Source: Prochlorococcus sp. AG-679-M23 (GTDB taxonomy: Bacteria > Cyanobacteriota > Cyanobacteriia > PCC-6307 > Cyanobiaceae). Taken from it: a DNA stretch of 64,000 bases. A program made the translations under genes and the position numbers. The notes below the pieces were generated by a model. It was not told the DNA's origin. It searched no databases and saw nothing but the letters and a program-made list of their open reading frames with translations. The DNA lies in the NCBI GenBank assembly GCA_003208875.1, contig QCUR01000002.1, forward strand, positions 224,001 to 288,000. Direction: 5' to 3'. Within the stretch, counting starts at the first letter, position 1; every line of letters starts with the position of its first letter. Positions 53,653 through 64,000 of the stretch are shown one piece after another.

Positions 53653-53919
53653 TTTAAAGTTTGTAGATATACTATTGAGACGTTAAATGACTACTTTGCC
53701 AAGTCTTATTACTCCTTTTTGAGTAAATTTGAGTTTTTAGATTTTGATTAAAAAAACTCAATTTATTTTTATTTTTTCATAAACATCTAAATCAAATATC
53801 ACAAATCTTAAGAATTAGGACTTTAAACAAAATATTCCTAGCTAAAAGACCCCTCCCCATGATAGATTCCGTGGGTTTATATACTTACTTAAATCTGTAT
53901 AGAGGGGGTTTTCTAAATT

Positions 53920-54399
53920 ATGTTCACATCTGTGGACTCAAATAGAAAAAAAATTGTTGAGCATCTTCCAGGTAAGAATGTTCATGGTTCCCCTACCCAG
54001 GGTAATTCTTTCATTAATAAAATTAAATTAGTTTTTGCTAGTCAATTTCAAAAATTATTTTCAAAAAATGATGAATACACTAAATTGCAAATAACAATTT
54101 TTGGTATTACTTTTATCGTTGCCATTTTAGTGGCATCTATAACAGGAATTATAATTGGGTATACTTTTGGTTTTAGTGTTTTTGTAGGTGCCATTGCTGG
54201 TATTTTTTACTTACGTTTACTTGCTAAAAGCATAGGAAAAATAGGGAAAGAATCTAATGGGTTTTCTCAATTGCAACTATTGGTTCCAGTTTGTCTCTTT
54301 CTTTTTGCAAGCAAGCTAGGATCTTTAGATATTTTCCCCGCAATGATAGGCTTCTTTATCTATAAGCCTTCTCTTATATTTTATTTCTCACGTTCTTAA
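53920..54399 (+). CDS. atp1: ATP synthase accessory protein Atp1 (UncI-like)
   Basis: EYTKLQ, four TM helices, YLRLLAKSI, GFFIYKP; first gene of the atp operon. Confidence 0.85.
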   Translation: MFTSVDSNRKKIVEHLPGKNVHGSPTQGNSFINKIKLVFASQFQKLFSKNDEYTKLQITIFGITFIVAILVASITGIIIGYTFGFSVFVGAIAGIFYLRLLAKSIGKIGKESNGFSQLQLLVPVCLFLFASKLGSLDIFPAMIGFFIYKPSLIFYFSRS

Positions 54400-54444
54400 A
54401 TAAATTTTGCTTTTCAAAATTTATTAATTTTTATTTAAATCAAA

Positions 54445-55170
54445 ATGTTCTTTAACTCCTTGCCAACAAATTTTGCAGCATTAGAAGTAGGTCAACATCT
54501 TTATTGGCAGATTGGAAATATAAGACTTCACGGACAAGTTTTTTTAACTTCTTGGATCCTATTAGGTGCTTTATTAGTTTTCATCTCATTAGGGACAAAA
54601 AAAATGGAAAATGATCCTAAGGGATTACAGAATTTACTTGAATTTTTATGGGACTACATTAGAGATCTTGCAAGAACTCAAATTGGTGAAAAAGTATACA
54701 GAGATTGGATGCCTTTTATAGGAACTCTATTCTTATTTGTTTTTGTAAGTAATTGGGGAGGAGCGCTTATACCTTGGAGATTAATAAAATTACCAAGTGG
54801 AGAATTAGGAGCTCCAACAGCTGATATTAATACAACCATTGCTTTGGCATTGTTAGTTTCTCTATCTTATTTCTATGCTGGGCTAAGTAATAAGGGTTGG
54901 AGATATTTTGAATATTATGTTCATCCAACACCGATAATGTTGCCTTTTAAAATTCTAGAAGACTTTACTAAACCTCTATCTTTATCCTTTAGGCTTTTTG
55001 GAAATATTCTTGCTGATGAACTTGTTGTTGGTGTTTTGGTTTTTCTAGTTCCCTTGGTTTTGCCCATTCCTGTAATGTTTCTAGGGTTGTTCACAAGTGC
55101 AATTCAAGCATTAATCTTTGCTACACTCGCTGCTTACTACATAGGAGAAGCCGTAGAAGAACATCATTAG
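54445..55170 (+). CDS. atpB: ATP synthase F0 subunit a (cyanobacterial atpI)
   Basis: [31 protein letters not shown]. Confidence 0.98.
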   Translation: MFFNSLPTNFAALEVGQHLYWQIGNIRLHGQVFLTSWILLGALLVFISLGTKKMENDPKGLQNLLEFLWDYIRDLARTQIGEKVYRDWMPFIGTLFLFVFVSNWGGALIPWRLIKLPSGELGAPTADINTTIALALLVSLSYFYAGLSNKGWRYFEYYVHPTPIMLPFKILEDFTKPLSLSFRLFGNILADELVVGVLVFLVPLVLPIPVMFLGLFTSAIQALIFATLAAYYIGEAVEEHH

Positions 55171-55187
55171 TTTCTCTTTAATACACT

Positions 55188-55295
55188 CAGACTCTTTTAC
55201 AAAGGGCCTGTAATCTGGCAAAATGTTTAATCGCGTAGGTCTGAAAAATTCAGACCCATTCTTAAAAAAAAAAGAATGTCCAAGCGTGTTAGACA
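55188..55295 (+). ncRNA. ATPC RNA motif (cis-regulatory structure between subunit a and c genes)
   Basis: Multibranch fold: TGTTTAA/TTAGACA closing stem, GGTCTGAA/TTCAGACC and CATTCTT/AAGAATG hairpins, plus an upstream CAG.CTCTTT/AAAGGG.CTG hairpin. The location matches the known picocyanobacterial ATPC motif. Confidence 0.85.
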
Positions 55296-55318
55296 AAAAG
55301 ATTTATCACAAGCATTAA

Positions 55319-55582
<264 letters not shown>

Positions 55583-55650
55583 AAGTTAATGTTGCTTTTA
55601 ATTCTTATTAGCAATATTTAAATATAATTTTTTAATTTCAACTGAAACAT

Positions 55651-56112
55651 ATGTTGGCCTTTGATTTTTTTGGTGCTACTGAAGGTGGGTTATTTGATAT
55701 AAATGCCACTTTGCCTCTTATGGCAATACAAGTAGTCGCTCTTACTTACATACTAAATTCTCTTTTTTTTAAGCCAGTAGGCAATGTTGTTGAAAAAAGA
55801 GAAAAATTTGTAAGTAACAATATTATGGATGCCAAAAATAAACTTTCAGAAGTTGAAAAATTAGAAGCTGATTTATTAAGTCAGCTTCAAAGCGCTCGCT
55901 CTGAAGCTCAAAAGATTGTGAGCGAAGCTGAGAATGAATCTGATAAGCTTTATAAAGAAGCTCTTGAACTTGCTAATAATGAAGCAAACGCTTCTAAGGA
56001 AAAAGCAAGGTTAGAAATAGAAAATCAGACATCTTCAGCTCGTGACCAGCTTTTTAAGCAAGCTGATGACTTAAGCGAACTTATTGTTAATAGATTAATT
56101 CTAGAAAAATGA
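55651..56112 (+). CDS. atpF2: ATP synthase F0 subunit b' (cyanobacterial atpG)
   Basis: [21 protein letters not shown], coiled coil. Confidence 0.93.
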   Translation: MLAFDFFGATEGGLFDINATLPLMAIQVVALTYILNSLFFKPVGNVVEKREKFVSNNIMDAKNKLSEVEKLEADLLSQLQSARSEAQKIVSEAENESDKLYKEALELANNEANASKEKARLEIENQTSSARDQLFKQADDLSELIVNRLILEK

Positions 56113-56621
56113 ATTTACTTCTTCTAGCTACAGAAGGTTTTGGCTTAAATCTTAATTTATTCGAAACTAATGTTCTTAATTGGGCTGTAGTTGTTTTTGG
56201 CCTTTATAAATTTTTACCAGGCTTTCTAGGTAAAATGCTTCAAAAAAGAAGAGAGGGAATTCTTCTTGAATTAAAAGATGCAGAAGATCGACTTCTTAAG
56301 GCTACAAAAGCTTTAGAGAAAGCAAAGACTGACTTATCTTTAGCAGAAGAAAAAGCTAGTCAAATAAAAGCAGATTCTCTTAAAAGATCAGAATCAATCA
56401 GGATGGAAAGTGAGAAAAAAGCCATTGAAGAGATGGCACGAATAAAACAAAGTGCAATCTCTGATGAAAGCTCAGAAGCCTCAAGAGCGATTTCTCAACT
56501 TCGTAAAGAAGCTGTTGAATTAGCTATTAAGAAAGCTTTAGATTCTCTACCAAATAGACTTGATCAAACAACTCAAGAAAATTTGGTAACTCAATCCATA
56601 AATAATATTGAGATGAATTAA
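56109..56621 (+). CDS. atpF: ATP synthase F0 subunit b
   Basis: [15 protein letters not shown], coiled coil. Confidence 0.95.
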   Translation: MNLLLLATEGFGLNLNLFETNVLNWAVVVFGLYKFLPGFLGKMLQKRREGILLELKDAEDRLLKATKALEKAKTDLSLAEEKASQIKADSLKRSESIRMESEKKAIEEMARIKQSAISDESSEASRAISQLRKEAVELAIKKALDSLPNRLDQTTQENLVTQSINNIEMN

Positions 56622-57163
56622 TGCCACTTTTAAATTCCGTTACTACCCCATACGCAGAAGCATTACTTCAGGTTGTTAGTGAAAACGATCAAACTGAAGA
56701 AATGGTTAAGGAGGTAAAACAACTACTATCCTTAATAAATGATTCTCCTGATCTAGAAAAAACATTATCTTCTCCAGTTTTAGAGACAGATACTAAGAAA
56801 AAAATAATAATTGAAATTTTTTCAGAAAAGATTAATTCTTCTCTTCTAAATTTTTTAAAACTATTAGCTGATAGGCAAAGAATTGGAATTGTAACTTCAA
56901 TTCTCGATAGATTTTTAGAAATTTACAGAGAAAATAGTAATATTGCTTTGGCAACTGTTACTTCTGCTGTTGAGCTTACTGATGACCAAAAAGGTTTAAT
57001 TACCAAAAAAATTATCAATATAGCTGGAACTGAAAAATTAGAACTTGTAACTAAAATCGACCCATCCCTCATTGGTGGTTTCGTCGCGAGTGTAGGATCT
57101 AAAGTAATTGATGCTAGTCTTGCCTCTCAAATTAGAAAGCTTGGTTTGTCACTATCCAAGTAA
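56621..57163 (+). CDS. atpH: ATP synthase F1 subunit delta (cyanobacterial atpD)
   Basis: PYAEAL, NFLKLLADRQR, VTSAVEL, DPSLIGG..VIDASL. Confidence 0.96.
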   Translation: MPLLNSVTTPYAEALLQVVSENDQTEEMVKEVKQLLSLINDSPDLEKTLSSPVLETDTKKKIIIEIFSEKINSSLLNFLKLLADRQRIGIVTSILDRFLEIYRENSNIALATVTSAVELTDDQKGLITKKIINIAGTEKLELVTKIDPSLIGGFVASVGSKVIDASLASQIRKLGLSLSK

Positions 57164-57182
57164 ATTCAAAATCCAACCTTAA

Positions 57183-58712
<1,530 letters not shown>

Positions 58713-58732
58713 ATTTATTCTAAGGAGATATC

Positions 58733-59683
58733 ATGGCAAATCTTAAAGAAATCAGAGATCGAATTGTTTCTGTAAAAAACACTAGAAAAATAACAGAAGC
58801 TATGAGATTAGTTGCGGCTGCAAAGGTGAGGAGGGCACAAGATCAAGTACTGAAAAGTAGACCTTTCGCTGACAAACTTGCCCGTGTCCTGGAGAATATT
58901 CAATCTAGGGTTCAGTTTGAAGCTGTAGATTCTCCTCTGTTATCCAAAAGGAACGTTAAAACAATCTCCTTAGTTTGCATAACTGCCGATAGAGGTTTAT
59001 GTGGGGGATACAATACCAACATAATTAAAAAGGTAGAAATTAGGTACGCAGAGTTGATCAAACAAGGTTATGAACCTAACTTGATTTTAATTGGCAAAAA
59101 GGCAATAGGTTATTTCCAAAATAGGAAAGATAAATACGTAATAAAAAGTACATTCAAAGAGCTAGAACAAGTACCAACAGCTATAGATTCTGAAGGAATT
59201 ACTAATGATGTCTTAGCCGAATTTTTATCAGAAAATTCAGACAGGGTAGAAATTATATATACCAAATTCATCACTCTTGTAAGTTGTGCTCCAGTTGTGC
59301 AAACATTGTTGCCATTAGATCCTCAAGGAATTGCTGAGGATAATGATGAGATTTTTAGATTAACTACAAAAAATAGTAAGTTACTCGTTGAAAAATCAAA
59401 TATGGAAAAGAATGATTCAGAGAAATTGCCTTCTGATATTGTTTTTGAACAAAGTCCTGATCAGTTATTAGATTCCTTATTACCTTTGTACTTACAGAAT
59501 CAGATTCTTAGAGCGCTGCAAGAGTCTGCCGCTTCAGAACTTGCCTGTAGAATGACAGCTATGAACAATGCGAGTGATAATGCTAAAGAATTAGCGAGTA
59601 CTTTAAACCTTACTTATAACAAAGCAAGACAAGCTGCTATAACTCAGGAAATACTTGAAGTAGTAGGAGGTTCAGCAGTCTAG
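58733..59683 (+). CDS. atpG: ATP synthase F1 subunit gamma (cyanobacterial atpC)
   Basis: KITEAM.LVAAAK, DRGLCGGYN, RMTAM..ASDNA, YNKARQAAITQEI. Confidence 0.98.
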   Translation: MANLKEIRDRIVSVKNTRKITEAMRLVAAAKVRRAQDQVLKSRPFADKLARVLENIQSRVQFEAVDSPLLSKRNVKTISLVCITADRGLCGGYNTNIIKKVEIRYAELIKQGYEPNLILIGKKAIGYFQNRKDKYVIKSTFKELEQVPTAIDSEGITNDVLAEFLSENSDRVEIIYTKFITLVSCAPVVQTLLPLDPQGIAEDNDEIFRLTTKNSKLLVEKSNMEKNDSEKLPSDIVFEQSPDQLLDSLLPLYLQNQILRALQESAASELACRMTAMNNASDNAKELASTLNLTYNKARQAAITQEILEVVGGSAV

Positions 59684-59698
59684 CGGAATCGTTAAAAA

Positions 59699-60025
59699 AT
59701 GTCGGAATATAATATAAAAATTGAATTAGAAAAAAAGACGTATGTTTTTTTATGTCCTGAAGATCAAGATATAATATCTGCTGCTAAAGCTAATGGGTTT
59801 GATTTACCAAGTAGTTGCTGTTCGGGAGTATGTACTAGCTGCGCCTCAATGGTGATTGATGGATCAGTTGAACAAGAGGATGCAATGGGTTTAAATGATG
59901 ATTTGAAGGAAAAGGGTTTTGCTCTTTTATGTGTTGCGTATCCAAAGTCTGATTTACATATTATTATTGGCGATGAAGTTGAAGATAATCTATATAATAA
60001 TCAATTTGGTAAATATCAAAAATGA
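59699..60025 (+). CDS. 2Fe-2S plant-type ferredoxin
   Basis: LPSSCCSGVCTSCA...LLCVAYPKSD. Confidence 0.93.
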   Translation: MSEYNIKIELEKKTYVFLCPEDQDIISAAKANGFDLPSSCCSGVCTSCASMVIDGSVEQEDAMGLNDDLKEKGFALLCVAYPKSDLHIIIGDEVEDNLYNNQFGKYQK

Positions 60026-60231
60026 ACTTAAAAAAGGTTGATTTTTATTTAGATTGGCCAGGATCAAAAAAAATTATTCATTTGAGGAGATTTATTACTG
60101 AAAATCTGATGAAAAAAGGGGAAGTTATAAGATGGTCTATCGAAGATATTAAAGATTCAGTAGAATCCCTTAATATAAAAAAAATAAGAATTAAGGCTGT
60201 TTTAGCAAATCCAGTGAATTCAAAAATATAA
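60022..60231 (+). CDS. Hypothetical protein, 69 aa
   Basis: ATGA overlap with the ferredoxin and 4 nt gap to the next gene indicate operon coupling; GEVIRWSI motif. Confidence 0.65.
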   Translation: MNLKKVDFYLDWPGSKKIIHLRRFITENLMKKGEVIRWSIEDIKDSVESLNIKKIRIKAVLANPVNSKI

Positions 60232-60235
60232 TTCA

Positions 60236-61294
60236 ATGTCAATATCCCCCACAATATTTATTATTCCAACTGGAATTGGATGTGAAATAGGAGGTTTCGC
60301 TGGTGATGCACTTCCTGCCGCAAAATTATTAGCCTCTGCGAGTGGATGTTTAATTACTCATCCAAATGTTATGAATGGGGGATCTCTCTCTGAACAGAAC
60401 AAAGATATTTTTTACGTGGAAGGTTATAGTTTAGATCGATTTGCTAAAGGAGAAATTGGTCTCAAAAGTGTAAAACAGCAGAAAATTGGAATAATTTTTG
60501 ATTCAAGTATTGAACATGAAATATTACTGAGACATTTACAAGCCGCAGATGCTTGTGTCGCAACTTTAGGGATTGATGTTGATTCATATGTTTTAACAAA
60601 AGAACCGCTAGGAATAGTTATTGAGTCTGAATCAAAAGGTATAAGTGAAGGTTTAATTGAAAATCCCGATACTTTAATTGAAGCAGGAGAAAGGCTTATA
60701 GAGAAAGGGATAACTGCAATAGCGATAGTAGCCAAATTTCCTGATAATACTGATTTGATTGAGACAAATTCATATAGGGAGGGAAAGGGGGTTGATCCTA
60801 TTGCTGGAGTGGAGGCTGTAATAAGTCACTTGATAAGTAAGTATCTCAAAATCCCCTGTGCACATGCACCTGCATTAAGTCCAATTGAATTGAACGAAAA
60901 TTTAGATCCTCGTGCTGCTTCAGAAGAAATAGGATATACATTTTTGCCATCAGTACTGATTGGATTAAGTAATGCACCAGATCTTATAGAATTGACTGAT
61001 AACAACGAAAATATAACCTTACACCCAAGTCATATCGAATCTATTGTTGTTCCAAGTGGGGCATTAGGAGGAGAAGGAGTATTAGCTTGTATTGAGAGAG
61101 GTTTAAATGTAATCTCTGTAAAAAATAAAAATATATTAAATCTTGGTAATCATAATTTAAATTATCCCAAACTCATTGAAGTGGATAGTTATTTCGAGGC
61201 GGCAGGCTTAATTCTTGCTCTTAGACAGGGAATTAACCTAAAATCAATTAAAAGACCGTTGAATAAAGTCCAAGAATTAAATTTTAAGAAATAG
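60236..61294 (+). CDS. DUF3326 family protein
   Basis: IIPTGIGCEIGGFAGDA, ITHPNVMNG, YVEGY.LDRF, GVDPIAGVEAVISH, PCAHAP, EEIGYTFL. Confidence 0.88.
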   Translation: MSISPTIFIIPTGIGCEIGGFAGDALPAAKLLASASGCLITHPNVMNGGSLSEQNKDIFYVEGYSLDRFAKGEIGLKSVKQQKIGIIFDSSIEHEILLRHLQAADACVATLGIDVDSYVLTKEPLGIVIESESKGISEGLIENPDTLIEAGERLIEKGITAIAIVAKFPDNTDLIETNSYREGKGVDPIAGVEAVISHLISKYLKIPCAHAPALSPIELNENLDPRAASEEIGYTFLPSVLIGLSNAPDLIELTDNNENITLHPSHIESIVVPSGALGGEGVLACIERGLNVISVKNKNILNLGNHNLNYPKLIEVDSYFEAAGLILALRQGINLKSIKRPLNKVQELNFKK

Positions 61295-61299
61295 CTTTT

Positions 61300-62997
61300 T
61301 TAATTAGAGATTGCAATTGGTACTCTCCAGTCACTACCAAGTGATTGACTACTTAATTTTAGTATTGGAGGAGCTTGCTTTCTTTTGAATTCTGCTTTTT
61401 TAATAAGTGTAATTATTTTTAAAATTTGTTCTTTGGTATGACCATCTTGTTCAAGAAGTTGTAAATCTTTTTTTTCTTCAATAATTCCCTTAAGAATTTT
61501 ATCCAATAAAGAGTATGGAGGTAGTGAATCAGTATCAAGTTGATCAGGACCAAGTTCAGCGCTTGGAGGCTTATTGCAGATTTGATCGCCTATTATTTTG
61601 ACTTTGGTATCTAATTTATAAGCTTTTCTATGTTCTATTGAATCTTTACTATCAAGCCATCTACACAATTTAAAAACGTTAGTTTTATATAAATCACCTA
61701 TTACAGATAATCCTCCATTCATGTCACCATATAAAGTGCAATATCCAACAGCTAGTTCTGATTTATTACCTGTTGAAAGTAACAAATGCTTTTCTTGATT
61801 AGCTAAAGCCATTAAGAGAGTACCCCTTATCCTTGATTGAATATTTTGATTTGTTATTCCTTCTGTTTTGAAGTTTAAGCTTTCTATAAAAGATTCTTCA
61901 AAAGAGGACATAATATTCTCAATTGAAATTGTATTTAAGTTTATTTTTAGTCTTGCGACTAAATCTTTTGCATCGATTTTAGAATGCTCTGAGCTCCACT
62001 TTGAAGGCATTGAAACGCAAAAAATTTTTTCACTTCCTAATGCAGCAGTTGCAATTACTGAAACTAATGCTGAATCAATTCCTCCGCTTAGGCCAATTAA
62101 AGCTGATCTAAATCCGCATTTTTTAGCATAGTCTTTTACTCCTAAAACTAAAGCATCGAAAACTGAAGAAATTTCAGAAGGGATGCTTTCGTCTACTAAA
62201 TTTAAGTTTTCGTTAATATTCCAACTAGAAGTATCCTCTGAGAAGGATTTTAATTGTTTAATTTTTGAACCGTTTTTATTCATAATGAAACTATTTCCAT
62301 CAAAAATTAAATCATCATTTGCCCCTACCTGATTAACATATATTAAAGGGACTTGAAGATATTTAGCAGCAAAACTTGAAATTTTATTTCTTAAGTTGAA
62401 TTTTTTGAACGTATAAGGAGAGGCAGATAAATTTAATAAAAGATCAATTTTTTTGCTTTTTAAATCTATAATCGGATTCTTTTTATGAATACCTCTTCCT
62501 TCTATATTTTCATTAACCCATAAATCTTCGCATATAGTTATTCCAAGCTTATAAGTTTTGTTTTTTATTTTTTTGGAGATTATAGATACTCTTTGCTCAG
62601 ATCGAAAGTATCGTTTTTCATCAAATACTTCATAAGTTGGGAGAATAATTTTACGTGCAATTGTTTTCCATTTGCCACCCTCAATAAGAGCAATAGAATT
62701 ATAAAGATTTGGGAAAAAAGAATCATCAATCTTTTCTGCAATCCCAACCGCAACACTTAAATTCCCATATTTTTTATGAATTGATATGGATAATTGATCT
62801 AAAATATAATATTGTCTTTCAATTAAATTTTTTTTTAGTAGTAAATCTTTAGCAGGATAACCCCATAATGATAATTCTGGGGTGAGAACCATATCAGCAG
62901 AATTTGAATATGCTTTACCAGTTTCATTAAGTATTTTTTTTGCATTCCCCTCTAGATCTCCCACAATTGGATTCAATTGTGCAATGAAAAAATTCAT
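61300..62997 (-). CDS. nadE: Glutamine-dependent NAD+ synthetase
   Basis: Nitrilase domain (PELSL, RK..LP, ICEDLW) plus GLSGGIDS, NIQSRIRG, TGNKSE, PSAEL. Confidence 0.96.
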   Translation of the reverse strand: MNFFIAQLNPIVGDLEGNAKKILNETGKAYSNSADMVLTPELSLWGYPAKDLLLKKNLIERQYYILDQLSISIHKKYGNLSVAVGIAEKIDDSFFPNLYNSIALIEGGKWKTIARKIILPTYEVFDEKRYFRSEQRVSIISKKIKNKTYKLGITICEDLWVNENIEGRGIHKKNPIIDLKSKKIDLLLNLSASPYTFKKFNLRNKISSFAAKYLQVPLIYVNQVGANDDLIFDGNSFIMNKNGSKIKQLKSFSEDTSSWNINENLNLVDESIPSEISSVFDALVLGVKDYAKKCGFRSALIGLSGGIDSALVSVIATAALGSEKIFCVSMPSKWSSEHSKIDAKDLVARLKINLNTISIENIMSSFEESFIESLNFKTEGITNQNIQSRIRGTLLMALANQEKHLLLSTGNKSELAVGYCTLYGDMNGGLSVIGDLYKTNVFKLCRWLDSKDSIEHRKAYKLDTKVKIIGDQICNKPPSAELGPDQLDTDSLPPYSLLDKILKGIIEEKKDLQLLEQDGHTKEQILKIITLIKKAEFKRKQAPPILKLSSQSLGSDWRVPIAISN

Positions 62998-63001
62998 TCA
63001 A

Positions 63002-63583
63002 CTACCTAATAGATTTATATAAATTATTCTTCTTCACTATATCGATTAATGATTCAGGTAAATCAGAATAATTATTACTTAATCTAACCATTGAACTAGA
63101 AATATTGGGAATGTTTAATGAAGAAATTTCAAAGATAACTTTATTAGTTTTTAACATTTTTAGAGTCTTAGATTCTATTGGATATCCTTCCCTTTTGATG
63201 ATGAGTAATTTAACTGCATGAATAATCTTATCAAAATTTTTCCATGAGAAAATTTCCGTAATTAAATCACTACCTATTACAAAATCTAATTTATTAAAGG
63301 GATAAGTTTTTTTACATTCTTCAATAGATTCTATAGCCCATTGGCTACTTATTTTTTGATTAAAAATGATTTTAGGATTATTTATATCTTTTATAAGTGA
63401 TTTTAATAAAAGGTTTCGAAAGAAAATATTTTCTTTATGCTTTTTTTTTGGATTATCACTTGCATAAGCAATAACAAGAGAATAAATGTTTGATAATTCT
63501 TCAAGTATTTTTTTGTGACCAATGGTTGGTGGATCTGCACTAGTCCCAAATAAGGCAATTCGATTTTTAGTATCAAATTTCAA
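63002..63583 (-). CDS. nadD: Nicotinate-nucleotide adenylyltransferase
   Basis: LFGTSADPPTIGH, VIGSDL, W, ISSS.VR. Confidence 0.93.
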   Translation of the reverse strand: MKFDTKNRIALFGTSADPPTIGHKKILEELSNIYSLVIAYASDNPKKKHKENIFFRNLLLKSLIKDINNPKIIFNQKISSQWAIESIEECKKTYPFNKLDFVIGSDLITEIFSWKNFDKIIHAVKLLIIKREGYPIESKTLKMLKTNKVIFEISSLNIPNISSSMVRLSNNYSDLPESLIDIVKKNNLYKSIR

Positions 63584-63999
63584 GGTAGAAAAATAGAAAA
63601 ATTATTATCTAACTTTTTTCTAGATAAATAAATCTTTGTATAATCAAAAATCTCAGGTTCTTTTATTGCAATTTTTTTGATTATGTGAGAAGGATCTAAA
63701 AGATATTCTTTACTTTTTCTAAATATTTCTTTAGCGGCTAATTTACCAACTATTTTTGTTGAGCGAACCGATATAGCTGCTTGTACGATAGCAATAGGTC
63801 CGTAAGGTAATAATGATAAACCATTTGTAAAAGGAGCAGTGGCCAAGAAAATTTTACGCAATAAATTAAAAGATGTATTTATACCAACTTGAGTGGCTCC
63901 AAGGAAGATATTATTTATAGAAATCTTTTTGATGATTTTTCGTACTGATTCACCTTTAAGATTTAATCCATAAACTTTGCCCAACTCACTAACTAATAC
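63580..63999 (-). CDS. C-terminal part of a DUF697/YcjF-like (probably GTP-binding) protein; 5' end outside window
   Basis: Frame is open to the window edge (...VLVSELGKVYGL...AIVQAAI...VGKLA); overlaps nadD by 4 nt. Confidence 0.6.
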   Translation of the reverse strand, partial: VLVSELGKVYGLNLKGESVRKIIKKISINNIFLGATQVGINTSFNLLRKIFLATAPFTNGLSLLPYGPIAIVQAAISVRSTKIVGKLAAKEIFRKSKEYLLDPSHIIKKIAIKEPEIFDYTKIYLSRKKLDNNFSIFLP

Positions 64000-64000
64000 A

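Overview
AT-rich, densely packed core-genome segment of a marine picocyanobacterium. Split rpoB/rpoC1/rpoC2, an hli gene, ycf35, an atp1-first ATP synthase operon, low GC and abutting genes point to a high-light-type Prochlorococcus (inference). Main blocks: pheA, rnhB-rne, dapL-clpS, rimP-nusA-ylxR-infB, htrA-like/rpiA/hisD, rpsT-tatD-rpoBC1C2-hli-rlmN, DUF2997-ycf35-ferredoxin, bioF-bioK-bioC-bioD-bioA, a Ski2-like helicase, fumC, purB, tlyA, glnB, queF, ftsW-ccdA-ccs1, the atp operon and nadD-nadE. I found no mobile element, CRISPR array, prophage or defence system, and I cannot support a wholly new multi-gene system. The most interesting unexplained signal is a decayed tRNA-Thr(CGT) relic (11573-11643, minus strand) with a -10 box upstream. 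It ends 27 nt before an ArnT-like glycosyltransferase, which is followed by a GT2 gene that appears to carry half of a methyltransferase domain. Other signals: a canonically spaced NtcA-type promoter before DUF2997-ycf35-ferredoxin, an 18-nt tandem repeat inside infB, two small ORFs missed by the ORF track, structured leaders (ATPC motif, rpoB, atp1) and a possible non-canonical start for ccdA. Family assignments come from motif recognition and recall; no searches were run.
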